DNA from: Alphaproteobacteria bacterium
GTDB taxonomy: Bacteria; Pseudomonadota; Alphaproteobacteria; SHVW01
Reading direction: 5' to 3'
Assembly (NCBI GenBank): GCA_009694085.1
Contig: SHVW01000001.1
Coordinates: 8,164-72,163, forward strand
DNA: 64,000 bases
Under the pieces are notes generated by a model. It was given only the letters and a program-made list of their open reading frames with translations, had not been told where the DNA came from and searched no databases. Positions within the stretch are counted from its first letter, which is position 1. Each line of letters opens with the position of its first letter. Positions 8,726-18,462 of this stretch are shown one piece after another. The position numbers and the translations under genes were made by a program.

Positions 8726-10303
8726 CTACGGCACGGGCTTGACGCCGGTGGCCAGCGTGTACTCGTCCGGCCGGGCGGCATAGGACAAGCCCTTGCGCGT
8801 GCCCCAGGTGTTCAAAGGCCAGTAGAGCGGCACCAGCGCGACGTCCTGGCCGATGGCGATTTCGGTCGCCTCGACGATCAGCGCGTTGCGCTTAGCCTCG
8901 TCGGTTGTGCCATAGGCCTGCTCGATCAACTGATCGAACCTGGCGTTGGAGTAGCGACCGCGATTGCCCGCGCCTACGCCCTTGTCGGCGTTGAAGGTCT
9001 GGGACAGGTATTTCAGCATGTCCATGACCTCGCCCGTATCCGTGCTCGTGCCGGAAAAGCCGATGCTGAATTCCAGCTTGGAGAAGCGGCCGAAATAGAT
9101 GGTGCGCGACATAGTGTCGACCGCCGTCTTGACACCGATGCGCGCCAGCATCTGAGCCAGCGCCTGGACCACCTTGGCGTCGTTGGGATAACGGTCGTTG
9201 GGACCGTGAATGGTTATCGAGAAGCCATCGGGATAGCCGGCCTCGGCCAGTAGCTTGCGCGCGCCTTCGGGATCGTAGGCCTCGGGCTTCAGCTTGGCGC
9301 TGGTAGCGGGCAGGCTCTCCGGCAGGTACTGGCCGGCCGGCATGGCCTGGCCTTCCATGATCTGGCTGACAATGGCATCCCGGTTGAACGCCTTGGAGAT
9401 CGCCCGGCGCACGCGCACATCCTTGAGCGGGTTCTTGGCCAGGGGTTTGCCGTCCTTATCCATGACGAAGGGCGTGACGTCGCGATTGCTGTCGAGCGAC
9501 AGATAATAGAGGCGTAGGCCCAGGCCTTGGGACAGGCTGAGCCGGGCGTCTTGCTTGAGGCGCGCGATGTCGCTGCTGGGCACATTGTTGATCACATCGA
9601 CATCGCCGGCTAACAAGGCGGCGGTGCGCGAGGCCGGGTTGGTGATCGGTTTGACGATCACGCGGTCCCAATGGGGCTTGGCGCCCCAGTAGCCTTCATT
9701 GCGCTGGAGCACAAGACGGTCGCCCTGGACCCACTCGACGAGTTTGTAGGGACCCGTGCCGAGCGCTGCTTTGCCGGAATTGTAGTCCGGGGTCTTTGCA
9801 TCCTGCCCGATCTTGCGCGAGATGATGCCAACATTGGTCAATTCGTAGAGCAGAGCCGCGTAGGGTGTCGCGGTCTTGATGTGCAAGGTCAGGTCATCCA
9901 CCACAGTGACCGCGCTGATACGCTTGAGGTACTGGCCATAGCTGGCCGGGCTGTTCGGCACGTTCTGGGCCCGCTCATAGGTGAAGGCGACGTCTCCGGC
10001 GGTGAGCGGCGTGCCGTCATGGAATTTGACGCCGGGGCGCAGTTTGAACTCCCAGGTTGTGTCGTCAATGGCGCGCCAGGACACGGCCAGGGCGGGGATG
10101 AGCTGCGTCTTGTCGTCGAGATCGATCAGGTAGTCGAAGATATGACGATTGACCTCAACATTGGGCGAGAGGTTGTAGAAATGGGGGTCCATGGTCGTGG
10201 CTTCCGACGACACGCCGATGCGCAAATCGGCAGACATCGCGGCGCCCGACAACAAAGCGGCAAATGCGAGACCGGAAATGCTGACAAATACGTGCTTCGA
10301 CAT
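8726..10303 (-). CDS. Family 5 (DppA/OppA-like) ABC substrate-binding protein
   Basis: Signal peptide, LRPGVKFHDG, GTGPYK, AR.LLAEAGY. Confidence 0.92.
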   Translation of the reverse strand: MSKHVFVSISGLAFAALLSGAAMSADLRIGVSSEATTMDPHFYNLSPNVEVNRHIFDYLIDLDDKTQLIPALAVSWRAIDDTTWEFKLRPGVKFHDGTPLTAGDVAFTYERAQNVPNSPASYGQYLKRISAVTVVDDLTLHIKTATPYAALLYELTNVGIISRKIGQDAKTPDYNSGKAALGTGPYKLVEWVQGDRLVLQRNEGYWGAKPHWDRVIVKPITNPASRTAALLAGDVDVINNVPSSDIARLKQDARLSLSQGLGLRLYYLSLDSNRDVTPFVMDKDGKPLAKNPLKDVRVRRAISKAFNRDAIVSQIMEGQAMPAGQYLPESLPATSAKLKPEAYDPEGARKLLAEAGYPDGFSITIHGPNDRYPNDAKVVQALAQMLARIGVKTAVDTMSRTIYFGRFSKLEFSIGFSGTSTDTGEVMDMLKYLSQTFNADKGVGAGNRGRYSNARFDQLIEQAYGTTDEAKRNALIVEATEIAIGQDVALVPLYWPLNTWGTRKGLSYAARPDEYTLATGVKPVP

Positions 10304-10673
10304 CCTACACCTCTTTGGCTCGAGAACAAGGCAGGCGACCTCATCAGCGCGCAGCTTGTGTGGAAAAGTAGGCTAGTCTGCGGCTCTTGTAAATGCCGCG
10401 CGACATTGTAGCCAGGGCAATCGCTTGAACGGCTCAATACGTGATCTGCGATGTGAGGTCTTTACGTCCGAGCCTGTTGCGGTGCCCCGTTTACCTACCT
10501 CGGATTGTCACCTCAGCCGAACAATCTAGTTTCCCGAGTCTTCAAGCGCTGTGCTGAGAAGACTTGTCAGTCGGGATTCGAGGTTTGTTCCTTCAAGCGA
10601 TTCCCCTAACATTGTGGCGCGAGGCCCTTCGATTGGGCACACTGTCGCGGTAACGATGGGTAGGGAGAGTTCA

Positions 10674-11105
10674 TTGTCCGACCAAGCCAAATTCATCGGC
10701 GCCTGGCGCCTGGTCTCGATCGAGCGCCGCGCAGCCGATGGCGAGGTCGATTACCCCTACGGGCCGGCGCCGAAGGGCTACATCATCTGGACTGCCGACA
10801 GCCACATGGCGGTGGTTCTGACCCATGGGGAGCGCCCGCCGTTCAAATCGAGCGAAGCGCGCGCCGGGACCGATCGCGAGAAGGCGATGGCCTTTGACGG
10901 TCTCTTCACCTATGCCGGGCCTTACCATGTGGCGGACGGGGCCGTGCATCACCGCATCGAACACTGCCATTTCCCCAACCTCCAGAGTCAGACCCAGACA
11001 CGGTTCTATACCTTCGAAGGCAAGCGCGTGATCCTGAAATCGGCGCCGACACCGGCGGCGGGGAAGGACCGCGTCACGACTATCACCTGGGAGCGGTCGG
11101 GGTAG
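10674..11105 (+). CDS. Lipocalin-like domain protein
   Basis: FIGAWRLVS, YG..P.G.I, Y.G.Y, C-terminal WER; TTG start after an AGGGAG SD (start inferred). Confidence 0.8.
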   Translation: MSDQAKFIGAWRLVSIERRAADGEVDYPYGPAPKGYIIWTADSHMAVVLTHGERPPFKSSEARAGTDREKAMAFDGLFTYAGPYHVADGAVHHRIEHCHFPNLQSQTQTRFYTFEGKRVILKSAPTPAAGKDRVTTITWERSG

Positions 11106-11111
11106 GGGCGC

Positions 11112-11399
11112 TCAAGCTGCCTTGAATCGCTCGACGCGAAAGCCTCGTGCGCGTAGCTCTGCATGCTAGAGTTCGAATTGCATTTGCTGCGCGAGCCAGC
11201 TCTGCGGGCTGCCGCCAAACGCCCGCGCTAGGCGGATCGCCATATCCGGCGAAATGCCCGACCGCCCATTGAGCAGCTCGGACAATGTCTTGCGCGACAC
11301 GCCCAGACCTTGAGCTGCGCGCGTTACCGACAACCCCAGCGGTTTCAGGCAGAGTGCCCGGATCACCTCACCGGGGTGGGGCGGGTTGTGCATGGGCAT
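11112..11399 (-). pseudogene. higA: HigA-family antitoxin (HTH) with premature TAG at 11166-11168
   Basis: MHNPPHPGE...[24 protein letters not shown]; frame continues HAELRARGFRVERFKAA* after the TAG. Confidence 0.8.
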
Positions 11400-11411
11400 T
11401 GGAGAGTGTCC

Positions 11412-11570
11412 TCAGTGATAGTCGAGATGGTCCACGTCAACGGCATCCGCACCGTCGAATCGAAAGATCACGCGATGGTTTCCCGAGACCGAGACGGCAA
11501 AGTAACCAGCAAGCCTGCCCTTGAGTGCATGCAGCCGCAGGCCAGGCAGGTTCATATCGCTGGGGCTCGC
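11412..11570 (-). pseudogene. higB: HigB (plasmid-killer/RelE-like) toxin, C-terminal half only
   Basis: Hand translation DMNLPGLRLHALKGRLAGYFAVSVSGNHRVIFRFDGADAVDVDHLDYH*; N-terminal half not recognisable. Confidence 0.8.
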
Positions 11571-11689
11571 ACGCTCTGTCCATTTTTGCCGGCTGACTCG
11601 CCCTGGGTGCCGCCGGTTGCGCTGCCGTCGATGCCGCCGATATCAGCTATGCCACGCCGCGCGACGGCCGGCCCGGCAACCGATAACCC

Positions 11690-11734
11690 AAAAAAGATCG
11701 GGGCGGCGCGGGATTTCCCCCCCGCGCCGCCCCG
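11690..11734 (-). terminator. Rho-independent terminator after coxM
   Basis: GGGGCGGCGCGGG/CCCGCGCCGCCCC stem followed by a T-run on the minus strand. Confidence 0.75.
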
Positions 11735-11756
11735 CCTTTAGTTAACGTTTGGCCGC

Positions 11757-12548
11757 TTAACCGCAGGCGGCGACCGCGCGCTTGGCCATCACGCCCACGA
11801 GATGGGCGCGGTATTCGGCCGAGGCGTGCATATCGCTATTGAGCTTCTTGGCATCGGTCTTGAGGCCGTCGAGCGCGCCGGCGGCGAACGACTTGGCGAG
11901 CGCGGCCTCCGCATCCTTGTGGCGGAACACGCCGGACTGCCCGGCGCCGGTCACGGCGACGCGGACAGTCCCGCCCGATTTCGCCACCATGACGCCGACG
12001 ATGGCGTAGCGCGAGGCCGGGTTCGGGAACTTCTGGTAGTTCGCCTTGTCCGGGATCGGGAAGCTGACGGCGGTGATGATTTCGCCGTCGCCGAGCGCCG
12101 TCTCGAACATGCCCTTGAAGAAATCGTCGGCCGCGATCTTGCGCTTGTTGGTGACGATGGTGGCGCCGAGTGCCATGCAGCCCGCGGGATAATCGGCGGC
12201 GGGATCGTTGTTGGCGATCGAGCCGCCGATGGTGCCGCGATTGCGGACCTGCGGGTCGCCGATGCCGTCGGCGAGATCGGCCAGCGCCGGGATCGCCTTT
12301 TTGACCTCGGCGGAGTGGGCGACCTCGTCATGGCTCGTCATGGCGCCTATGACGATGGCGTTGCCGTCCTTCTTGATACCCGCGAGATCCTTGACCCCGG
12401 CGAGATCGACAACGTCGGACGGGCTGGCCAGTCGCTGCTTCATGGTCGGGATCAGCGTCATGCCGCCCGCCATCAGCTTGGCCTCGCCTTTGAGTGCCTT
12501 GGCGGCGTCGGCCACGCTGTTCGGGCGTTGATAGTTGAAGTCGCGCAT
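11757..12548 (-). CDS. coxM: CoxM/CutM-like FAD-binding subunit
   Basis: [27 protein letters not shown]. Confidence 0.92.
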   Translation of the reverse strand: MRDFNYQRPNSVADAAKALKGEAKLMAGGMTLIPTMKQRLASPSDVVDLAGVKDLAGIKKDGNAIVIGAMTSHDEVAHSAEVKKAIPALADLADGIGDPQVRNRGTIGGSIANNDPAADYPAGCMALGATIVTNKRKIAADDFFKGMFETALGDGEIITAVSFPIPDKANYQKFPNPASRYAIVGVMVAKSGGTVRVAVTGAGQSGVFRHKDAEAALAKSFAAGALDGLKTDAKKLNSDMHASAEYRAHLVGVMAKRAVAACG

Positions 12549-12563
12549 GGGTTGCTTCCTCTC

Positions 12564-14954
12564 TTACTCGGCCGCACGGGCCACGGTGCCGTGGATCGCG
12601 CGCCACACCCGCTCGGGTGTCGCCGGCATTTCGATGTGGGTGACGCCGCGCTCCGATAGGGCGTCGACGATCGCGTTGATGACGGCTGGAGGCGCGCCGA
12701 TGGCGCCGGCTTCGCCGCAACCCTTCACGCCCAAGGGATTGTGCGTGCAGGGCGTGGCTTCCTTGCTGGTCTCGACCTTGAAGGACGGCACGTCGTCGGC
12801 CCGGGGCATGCAGTAGTCGGTGTAGGAGCCGGTCAGCAACTGGCCCGACTTGTCGTCATAGATGCAGCTTTCGAGCAGCGCCTGACCGATGCCTTGGACC
12901 AGCCCGCCATGGACCTGGCCTTCGACGATCATCGGATTGATGATCTTGCCGAAATCGTCGGCGGCCACGAAGTTCACGATCCGCGTGATGCCGGTGTCGG
13001 GGTCGATTTCGACCTCGCACACATAGGTGCCGGACGGGAAGGTGAAGTTGAGCGGGTCGTAGAACGCGGTTTCGTCCATGCCCGGCTCGACCTTGTCGAG
13101 CGGGTAGTGGTGCGGCACATAAGCCGCGAACGCGACTTCGCCGAACGCCTTGGATTTATCCGTGCCGGCGACCTGGAACTTGCCATCCTTGAACTCGATA
13201 TCGGCCTCGGCCGCTTCGAGCATATGGGCGGCGATCTTCTTGCCTTTGGCGATCACCTTGTCGAGCGCCTTCATGATAGCCGTGCCGCCGACCGCGATCG
13301 AGCGCGAACCGTAGGTGCCCATGCCAAACAGCACCTTGGCCGTATCGCCATGGACGATGTCGATATTCTCGATCGGCACGCCCAAACGATCGGAAACGAC
13401 TTGAGCGAACGACGTTTCGTGACCCTGGCCATGGGAATGACTGCCAGTGAAGACGCTGATCGAGCCGGTCGGGTGCACGCGCACCTGGGCGGCCTCGTAA
13501 AGACCAGCCCGCGCACCGAGCGCGCCAGCCACGTTGGACGGTGCGATGCCGCAGGCCTCGATATAAGAGGCGATGCCGATGCCGCGCAGCATGCCGCGCT
13601 TCTTGGCCTCCTCGCGCCGGGCCTTGAAGCCGGCGTAGTCGGACATTTTGAGTGCTTGATCGAGGGTGGCTTGGTAATTGCCGGTGTCGTATTGGAGCGC
13701 TACCGGCGTCTGGTAGGGGAAGGCGTCCTTCGGGATGAAATTCTTCCGGCGCAGTTCCGCCGGGTCGATCTTCATTTCGTCCGCGGCTTTGTCGACGATG
13801 CGTTCGAGCAGATATGTGGCTTCCGGTCGTCCGGCGCCGCGATAGGCGTCGACCGGCACGGTGTTGGTGAACACTGCGCGCACTTCGCAATAGATCGCGG
13901 GCGTGGTGTACACGCCAGCCAGCAGCGTGCCGTGCAGATAGGTGGGCACGCAGGTGGAGAAGGTCGAGAGATAGGCGCCCAGATTGGCCGTGGTGCTGGC
14001 GCGCAAGCCCAAGAACTTGCCGTCCTTGTCCATGGCTAGTTCGCAATGGGTGACGTGGTCGCGGCCCTGGGCGTCGGACATGAACGCTTCCGAGCGATCG
14101 GCCGTCCATTTGATCGGCCGGCCTATTTTCTTGGAGGCCCAGGTGACGATGGCCTCTTCGGCATAGTGGTAGATTTTCGAACCGAAGCCGCCGCCCACAT
14201 CGGGGGCGACGACGCGCAACTTATGCTCCGGCAGCTTGAGCACGAAGGCGCCCATGAGCAGCCGGATTACGTGGGGGTTCTGGCTGGTGGTGTAGAGCGT
14301 GTAGTGGCCCGTGCCGGTGTCGTAGTCGCCGATCGCCGCGCGCGGCTCAATGGCGTTGGCCACGAGCCGGTTGTTGATCAGGTCGAGCTTGGTGACATGG
14401 GCGGCCCCGGCGAAAGCGGCGTCGGTCGCCGCCTTGTCGCCGATATGCCAGTCATAGCAGGTGTTACTCTTGGCCTGGTCCCACACCTGGGGCGATCCGG
14501 ATTTCGCGGCCTGGGCGGTGTTTATGATGGCGGGCAGGGGCTTGTAGTCGACCTCGATCGACTCGGCCGCCTCGCGTGCCTGATCCAAGCTTTCCGCGAT
14601 CACGACCGCGACTTGGTCGCCGACATGGCGCACCCGGTCGGGTACCAAAGGCGGGTGGGGCGGTTCGACCATGGGCGAGCCGTCTTTCGAATGGACCAGC
14701 CAGCCGCAGGGCAGGCCACCAACACCGTCGGCCGCCATATCGGCGCCGGTGAAGATGGCAACGACGCCGGGTGCCTTCTTCGCCTTGTCGGTCTTGATGC
14801 CCTTGATCTCGGCATGGGCGTGAGGCGAGCGCAGGATATAGGCATGGGTCTGGTGCGGACGGTTGATGTCGTCCGTGTAGGTGCCCTTGCCCGTGAGGAA
14901 GCGATAATCCTCGCGCCGGCGAACCGGTGCGCCGATTCCGGTGTCAGTCATCAT
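12564..14954 (-). CDS. coxL: Form II CoxL-like molybdopterin subunit (xanthine dehydrogenase family)
   Basis: [16 protein letters not shown] active-site motif, GQGHET, KGCGEAG. Confidence 0.93.
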   Translation of the reverse strand: MMTDTGIGAPVRRREDYRFLTGKGTYTDDINRPHQTHAYILRSPHAHAEIKGIKTDKAKKAPGVVAIFTGADMAADGVGGLPCGWLVHSKDGSPMVEPPHPPLVPDRVRHVGDQVAVVIAESLDQAREAAESIEVDYKPLPAIINTAQAAKSGSPQVWDQAKSNTCYDWHIGDKAATDAAFAGAAHVTKLDLINNRLVANAIEPRAAIGDYDTGTGHYTLYTTSQNPHVIRLLMGAFVLKLPEHKLRVVAPDVGGGFGSKIYHYAEEAIVTWASKKIGRPIKWTADRSEAFMSDAQGRDHVTHCELAMDKDGKFLGLRASTTANLGAYLSTFSTCVPTYLHGTLLAGVYTTPAIYCEVRAVFTNTVPVDAYRGAGRPEATYLLERIVDKAADEMKIDPAELRRKNFIPKDAFPYQTPVALQYDTGNYQATLDQALKMSDYAGFKARREEAKKRGMLRGIGIASYIEACGIAPSNVAGALGARAGLYEAAQVRVHPTGSISVFTGSHSHGQGHETSFAQVVSDRLGVPIENIDIVHGDTAKVLFGMGTYGSRSIAVGGTAIMKALDKVIAKGKKIAAHMLEAAEADIEFKDGKFQVAGTDKSKAFGEVAFAAYVPHHYPLDKVEPGMDETAFYDPLNFTFPSGTYVCEVEIDPDTGITRIVNFVAADDFGKIINPMIVEGQVHGGLVQGIGQALLESCIYDDKSGQLLTGSYTDYCMPRADDVPSFKVETSKEATPCTHNPLGVKGCGEAGAIGAPPAVINAIVDALSERGVTHIEMPATPERVWRAIHGTVARAAE

Positions 14955-15438
14955 CGCCTCCCTTGCCCGTTGCCATGGCGCGCGCCCCGGCCATCACGGC
15001 CTTGACGATATTGTGGTAGCCCGTGCAACGGCAGATGTTGCCCTCGAGCCATTCGCGAACTTCCTGCTCGCTCGGGCTTTTGTTGCGCTTGGCCAGATCG
15101 ACTGCGCTCATGACCATGCCCGGCGTGCAGAAGCCGCATTGCAGCCCATGATGCTCGCGGAAGGCGGCCTGCATGGGATGCAGATCGCCGCCGGCGGGCG
15201 CCAACCCCTCGATCGTGGCGACGGCAGCGCCCTCGGCCTGGACTGCCAGCATGGTGCAGCTCTTGACCGAGCGCCCATCGACATGGACGACGCAGGCGCC
15301 GCACTGGCTGGTATCGCAACCGACATGGGTTCCGGTCAGGCTCAACGTTTCGCGCAGGAACTGCACCAGCAGCGTGCGCCCCTCGACCTGGCCGGACACG
15401 GACTTGCCGTTCACCGTCATCTTTACGGTGCTTGGCAT
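14944..15438 (-). CDS. coxS: CoxS-like 2x[2Fe-2S] subunit
   Basis: [10 protein letters not shown]...SC and QCGFC...CRCTGY. Confidence 0.95.
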   Translation of the reverse strand: MPSTVKMTVNGKSVSGQVEGRTLLVQFLRETLSLTGTHVGCDTSQCGACVVHVDGRSVKSCTMLAVQAEGAAVATIEGLAPAGGDLHPMQAAFREHHGLQCGFCTPGMVMSAVDLAKRNKSPSEQEVREWLEGNICRCTGYHNIVKAVMAGARAMATGKGGDDD

Positions 15439-15582
15439 CGCAACCTCCCTTCAACGCTTCTTCATATGGCCCGGTCGTGTCGACCGAGCCGGTGTTGGAC
15501 GTGCGCGTAGTCAACCATTTAGCGGCGAACGCGGTCAAGGCGGGTTTTGAGGAGTGCGTGTGGCTCAACCAATCCTGGATCC

Positions 15583-17100
15583 CTACCTGGGTTTGCGATA
15601 GATCGGCCCGCATAAGGCCGCGATCACACGAGGGCCGAGGATATCGTTGGCGTTCTTGCGACCGAATTCGCGCCGTTTGAACTCCCGGATGCCCTCGGAA
15701 ACGGCGTCGTAAAAATTCGGGGTGCCGGGCACGGCCTCCGGTGCCAGATGGCCGCGTTCGTGCAAAGCCACGGCGATATAAGCACGCGTTGCATTGCGAT
15801 CCATGAGCAAGGTCCAAGTGCCGCCCGCTCCGGCATAGCGCAGACCGCAGGGTCGTTCGCCGCGACGCCAGGCGGCGACCTCCGCCGCCCAGGGTGCAGC
15901 CTCATCCTGTTTCCGGCCGATGAATGCATAGGTCGCGCCGGATACGGCTATGGCGATCGATAGCGCGGCACCCAGCGATGTCGCCGCAATGCCGGCGGCG
16001 GCCACGAACCAAACATGAGCCAGGATCAGGGTGAGATGACTGGTCACGATCGTATAACGCGCACCGATGACTTGGTCGGCGAGGAGTTGCCGGGGATCGA
16101 TGCCGTTGGCAACGAGCGATGCGAACGAGTACCCGCAGAACGCGACGGTCAGCAGTGCCGTGATGCGGCCCGGCAGAGAACGGCACGCCGCCGAAACTGC
16201 GAGAATTACGCAACCGAGTAGAATCGTGCACCCCCCAATCCAGGAACTGGGAAAAGCAGCCAGCGTGCGATTGACTGCCGCGACGGCTCGCTCGCCGAGT
16301 ACGGGCAGAACGAAGCTGTTGACGAGTGCGGCGTTTGGCCAATGACGCGCGCCGGTTAGCCAATCGGCCCAGGACCCCATCTCCGGCGACGCGATGACAC
16401 CGAATTTGGCCATGAGTAGCGCCTGCGCGACTGCTGCAATCGTCAGGATGGTTGCGACGGTCAACAGATGACGCGTGCGAGAGATGGCGAAGGCCAACCA
16501 AAACATCGGTGCGAAGATACAGGCGGGCGGCCCGCTCAACGCGGCGAGCAGGGCATAGGCGCCGAGCGCACATCGCTCGGCTATGGCGATAGCGTGCCGG
16601 TCGTCCAGCATCATGAGAGCGAGCGGAATGGCGAACAGGAACTGGATACAGGTGCTGTTCAACCAGGTCTCGGAATTGGGCAGGACGAGCATGAAACCGA
16701 CGCTCAAAACTGCGCGTTGCCACGCCGTGCCGATCGGTGCGCCGCGCACCCAGAAAGGACTGACGACCACGGCGGCCTGAATCAGGACGGACGCGAGCTG
16801 GGTCGTCGTGGGCCAAAACTCGATCGGCAGGCGAACGCCGATCATGGCGATCAAATTGTTGGGCAGTTGGTAGTAGCCGCTGCTGTGCAGGAAGAAGATG
16901 GAATCGCGGATGCCGAGTAGCCGTATGTTCTCGAAGAACAGATTGCCTTCCTCGGCCAGGAAGCGGGGGGACTTTACCCAGTCGAGCGAGGTCCACGCGA
17001 CGAACCCGAGATAGACCAAGGCGAGTGCCGCACAAAAAAACAGCGACTCCCTAACGGGGCGTTTCGAGCGCGGTTCTGCAATGGCGGCGTGAGGCATCAT
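15583..17100 (-). CDS. Polytopic membrane protein, possibly a GT-C fold glycosyltransferase
   Basis: About 10 hydrophobic segments; RFLAEEG acidic loop after TM1; start inferred at the MPMM cluster (17097-17106). Confidence 0.55.
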   Translation of the reverse strand: MMPHAAIAEPRSKRPVRESLFFCAALALVYLGFVAWTSLDWVKSPRFLAEEGNLFFENIRLLGIRDSIFFLHSSGYYQLPNNLIAMIGVRLPIEFWPTTTQLASVLIQAAVVVSPFWVRGAPIGTAWQRAVLSVGFMLVLPNSETWLNSTCIQFLFAIPLALMMLDDRHAIAIAERCALGAYALLAALSGPPACIFAPMFWLAFAISRTRHLLTVATILTIAAVAQALLMAKFGVIASPEMGSWADWLTGARHWPNAALVNSFVLPVLGERAVAAVNRTLAAFPSSWIGGCTILLGCVILAVSAACRSLPGRITALLTVAFCGYSFASLVANGIDPRQLLADQVIGARYTIVTSHLTLILAHVWFVAAAGIAATSLGAALSIAIAVSGATYAFIGRKQDEAAPWAAEVAAWRRGERPCGLRYAGAGGTWTLLMDRNATRAYIAVALHERGHLAPEAVPGTPNFYDAVSEGIREFKRREFGRKNANDILGPRVIAALCGPIYRKPR

Positions 17101-17338
17101 GGGCATAGGCTGTCTCGCATCCCCGGCGATCGTCGTTTGCGGTCGGGGGAGGCGACTATACGACAAGGCGAACCGGCCCAATGACAAAACCTTGACAAGG
17201 GCCGGGGCGGGGTGGGCGACATTTGGCCGGCGATCCGGGCGAGACTCCGGAACCCCTGATGTGGCATACTTATATCGATTGCGCGCGGTTCCCGGAAGGG
17301 TTGCGCCCAGGGATAACGAAGACGAGTGGGAGGCAGTT

Positions 17339-18304
17339 ATGAAGCGTTGGATCGTAGGTGCGGCATTGCTGGCCGGCATGTCGATTGCTGGGTCGGCCGT
17401 CGCGCAGAACAAGGTTACGATGTCGATCGTCACCGGCGGCACCGGCGGCGTGTATTACCCGCTCGGCGGCGGCCTCGCCAACCTACTGACCAAGTATGTG
17501 CCGGGCTGGCAGGCGACTGCCGAGGTGACGGGCGGCTCGGTCGCCAATCTTCAGCTCATCGGTTCGAAGAAGGCGGAGATCGCTTTCACCATGGCCGACG
17601 CAGCGCTCGACGCTCAGCAGGGCCAGGACAAATTCAAGGACAATAAAGTGCCCCAGCGATTACTGGCGGTACTCTACCCCAACATCATGCACGTCGTCAG
17701 TGTCGAAGGAACGGGCATCACCAAGATGTCCGATCTCAAGGGCAAGCGGGTGTCAACGGGTTCGCCTGGAAGTGCCACCGAGGTCATGGGATTCCGTGTC
17801 ATTGAGGCCGCCGGCCTCGACAAGGACAAGGACATGAGGCGCGAACGTCTCGGCGTGGCCGAATCGACCAATGCGCTCAAGGATAAGAAGATCGACGCCT
17901 ACTTCTGGGTTGGCGGTCTGCCGACCGCGGGCGTTACCGACCTCGCGGCGACGCCCGGCACCAAGATCGCGTTGATTGACCATGAGGCGACGGTTGCTGG
18001 GATGAATCAGAAATATGGCCCGCTTTATGCGGCGAGCGTCATCCCCGCCGGCACCTATCCGGGGCAGGCTAAGGACAACAAAGTCGCCTCGGTGTGGAAC
18101 CTGCTCGTGGTCCACGAGTCGATGACGGACGATTTTGCCTACAACATCGTTAAGACGATCTTCGAGCACCGCGACGAATGGGCTCAGGTCCATGGCGAGG
18201 CGAAGAACGTCAAGCTCGACAATCAGAAGCAGGCAAATTCGCCGATCAATTGGCACCCCGGAGCGGCCCGATATTTCAAAGAGAAGAACGTCAACATCAT
18301 GTAG
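17339..18304 (+). CDS. TAXI family TRAP transporter solute-binding subunit
   Basis: TGGTGGVYYP.G, TGGSVAN, GSPGSATE, HPGA.RYFKE. Confidence 0.93.
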   Translation: MKRWIVGAALLAGMSIAGSAVAQNKVTMSIVTGGTGGVYYPLGGGLANLLTKYVPGWQATAEVTGGSVANLQLIGSKKAEIAFTMADAALDAQQGQDKFKDNKVPQRLLAVLYPNIMHVVSVEGTGITKMSDLKGKRVSTGSPGSATEVMGFRVIEAAGLDKDKDMRRERLGVAESTNALKDKKIDAYFWVGGLPTAGVTDLAATPGTKIALIDHEATVAGMNQKYGPLYAASVIPAGTYPGQAKDNKVASVWNLLVVHESMTDDFAYNIVKTIFEHRDEWAQVHGEAKNVKLDNQKQANSPINWHPGAARYFKEKNVNIM

Positions 18305-18333
18305 ATGCAGCCCTTATGACGTTGTAGGGTTCC

Positions 18334-18371
18334 AAAAGCCCCATTCCGCAAGCGCTGGAATGGGGCTTTTT
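18334..18371 (+). terminator. Bidirectional-type intrinsic terminator/stabilising hairpin
   Basis: AAAAGCCCCATTCC...GGAATGGGGCTTTTT. Confidence 0.75.
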
Positions 18372-18462
18372 GCTTGTTGAGGCGGAGGCCGACAGACCAA
18401 GTGGCGGCAAACCGTGCCGCGACTGTTATGATCTGGGTAATGCGGTGACGGCGGCGGGGCTC

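Noticed and set aside
11166..11168. Programmed amber read-through (pyrrolysine) in higA
   Set aside because: No pyl genes in the window; a TGG->TAG nonsense change next to a dead toxin is simpler
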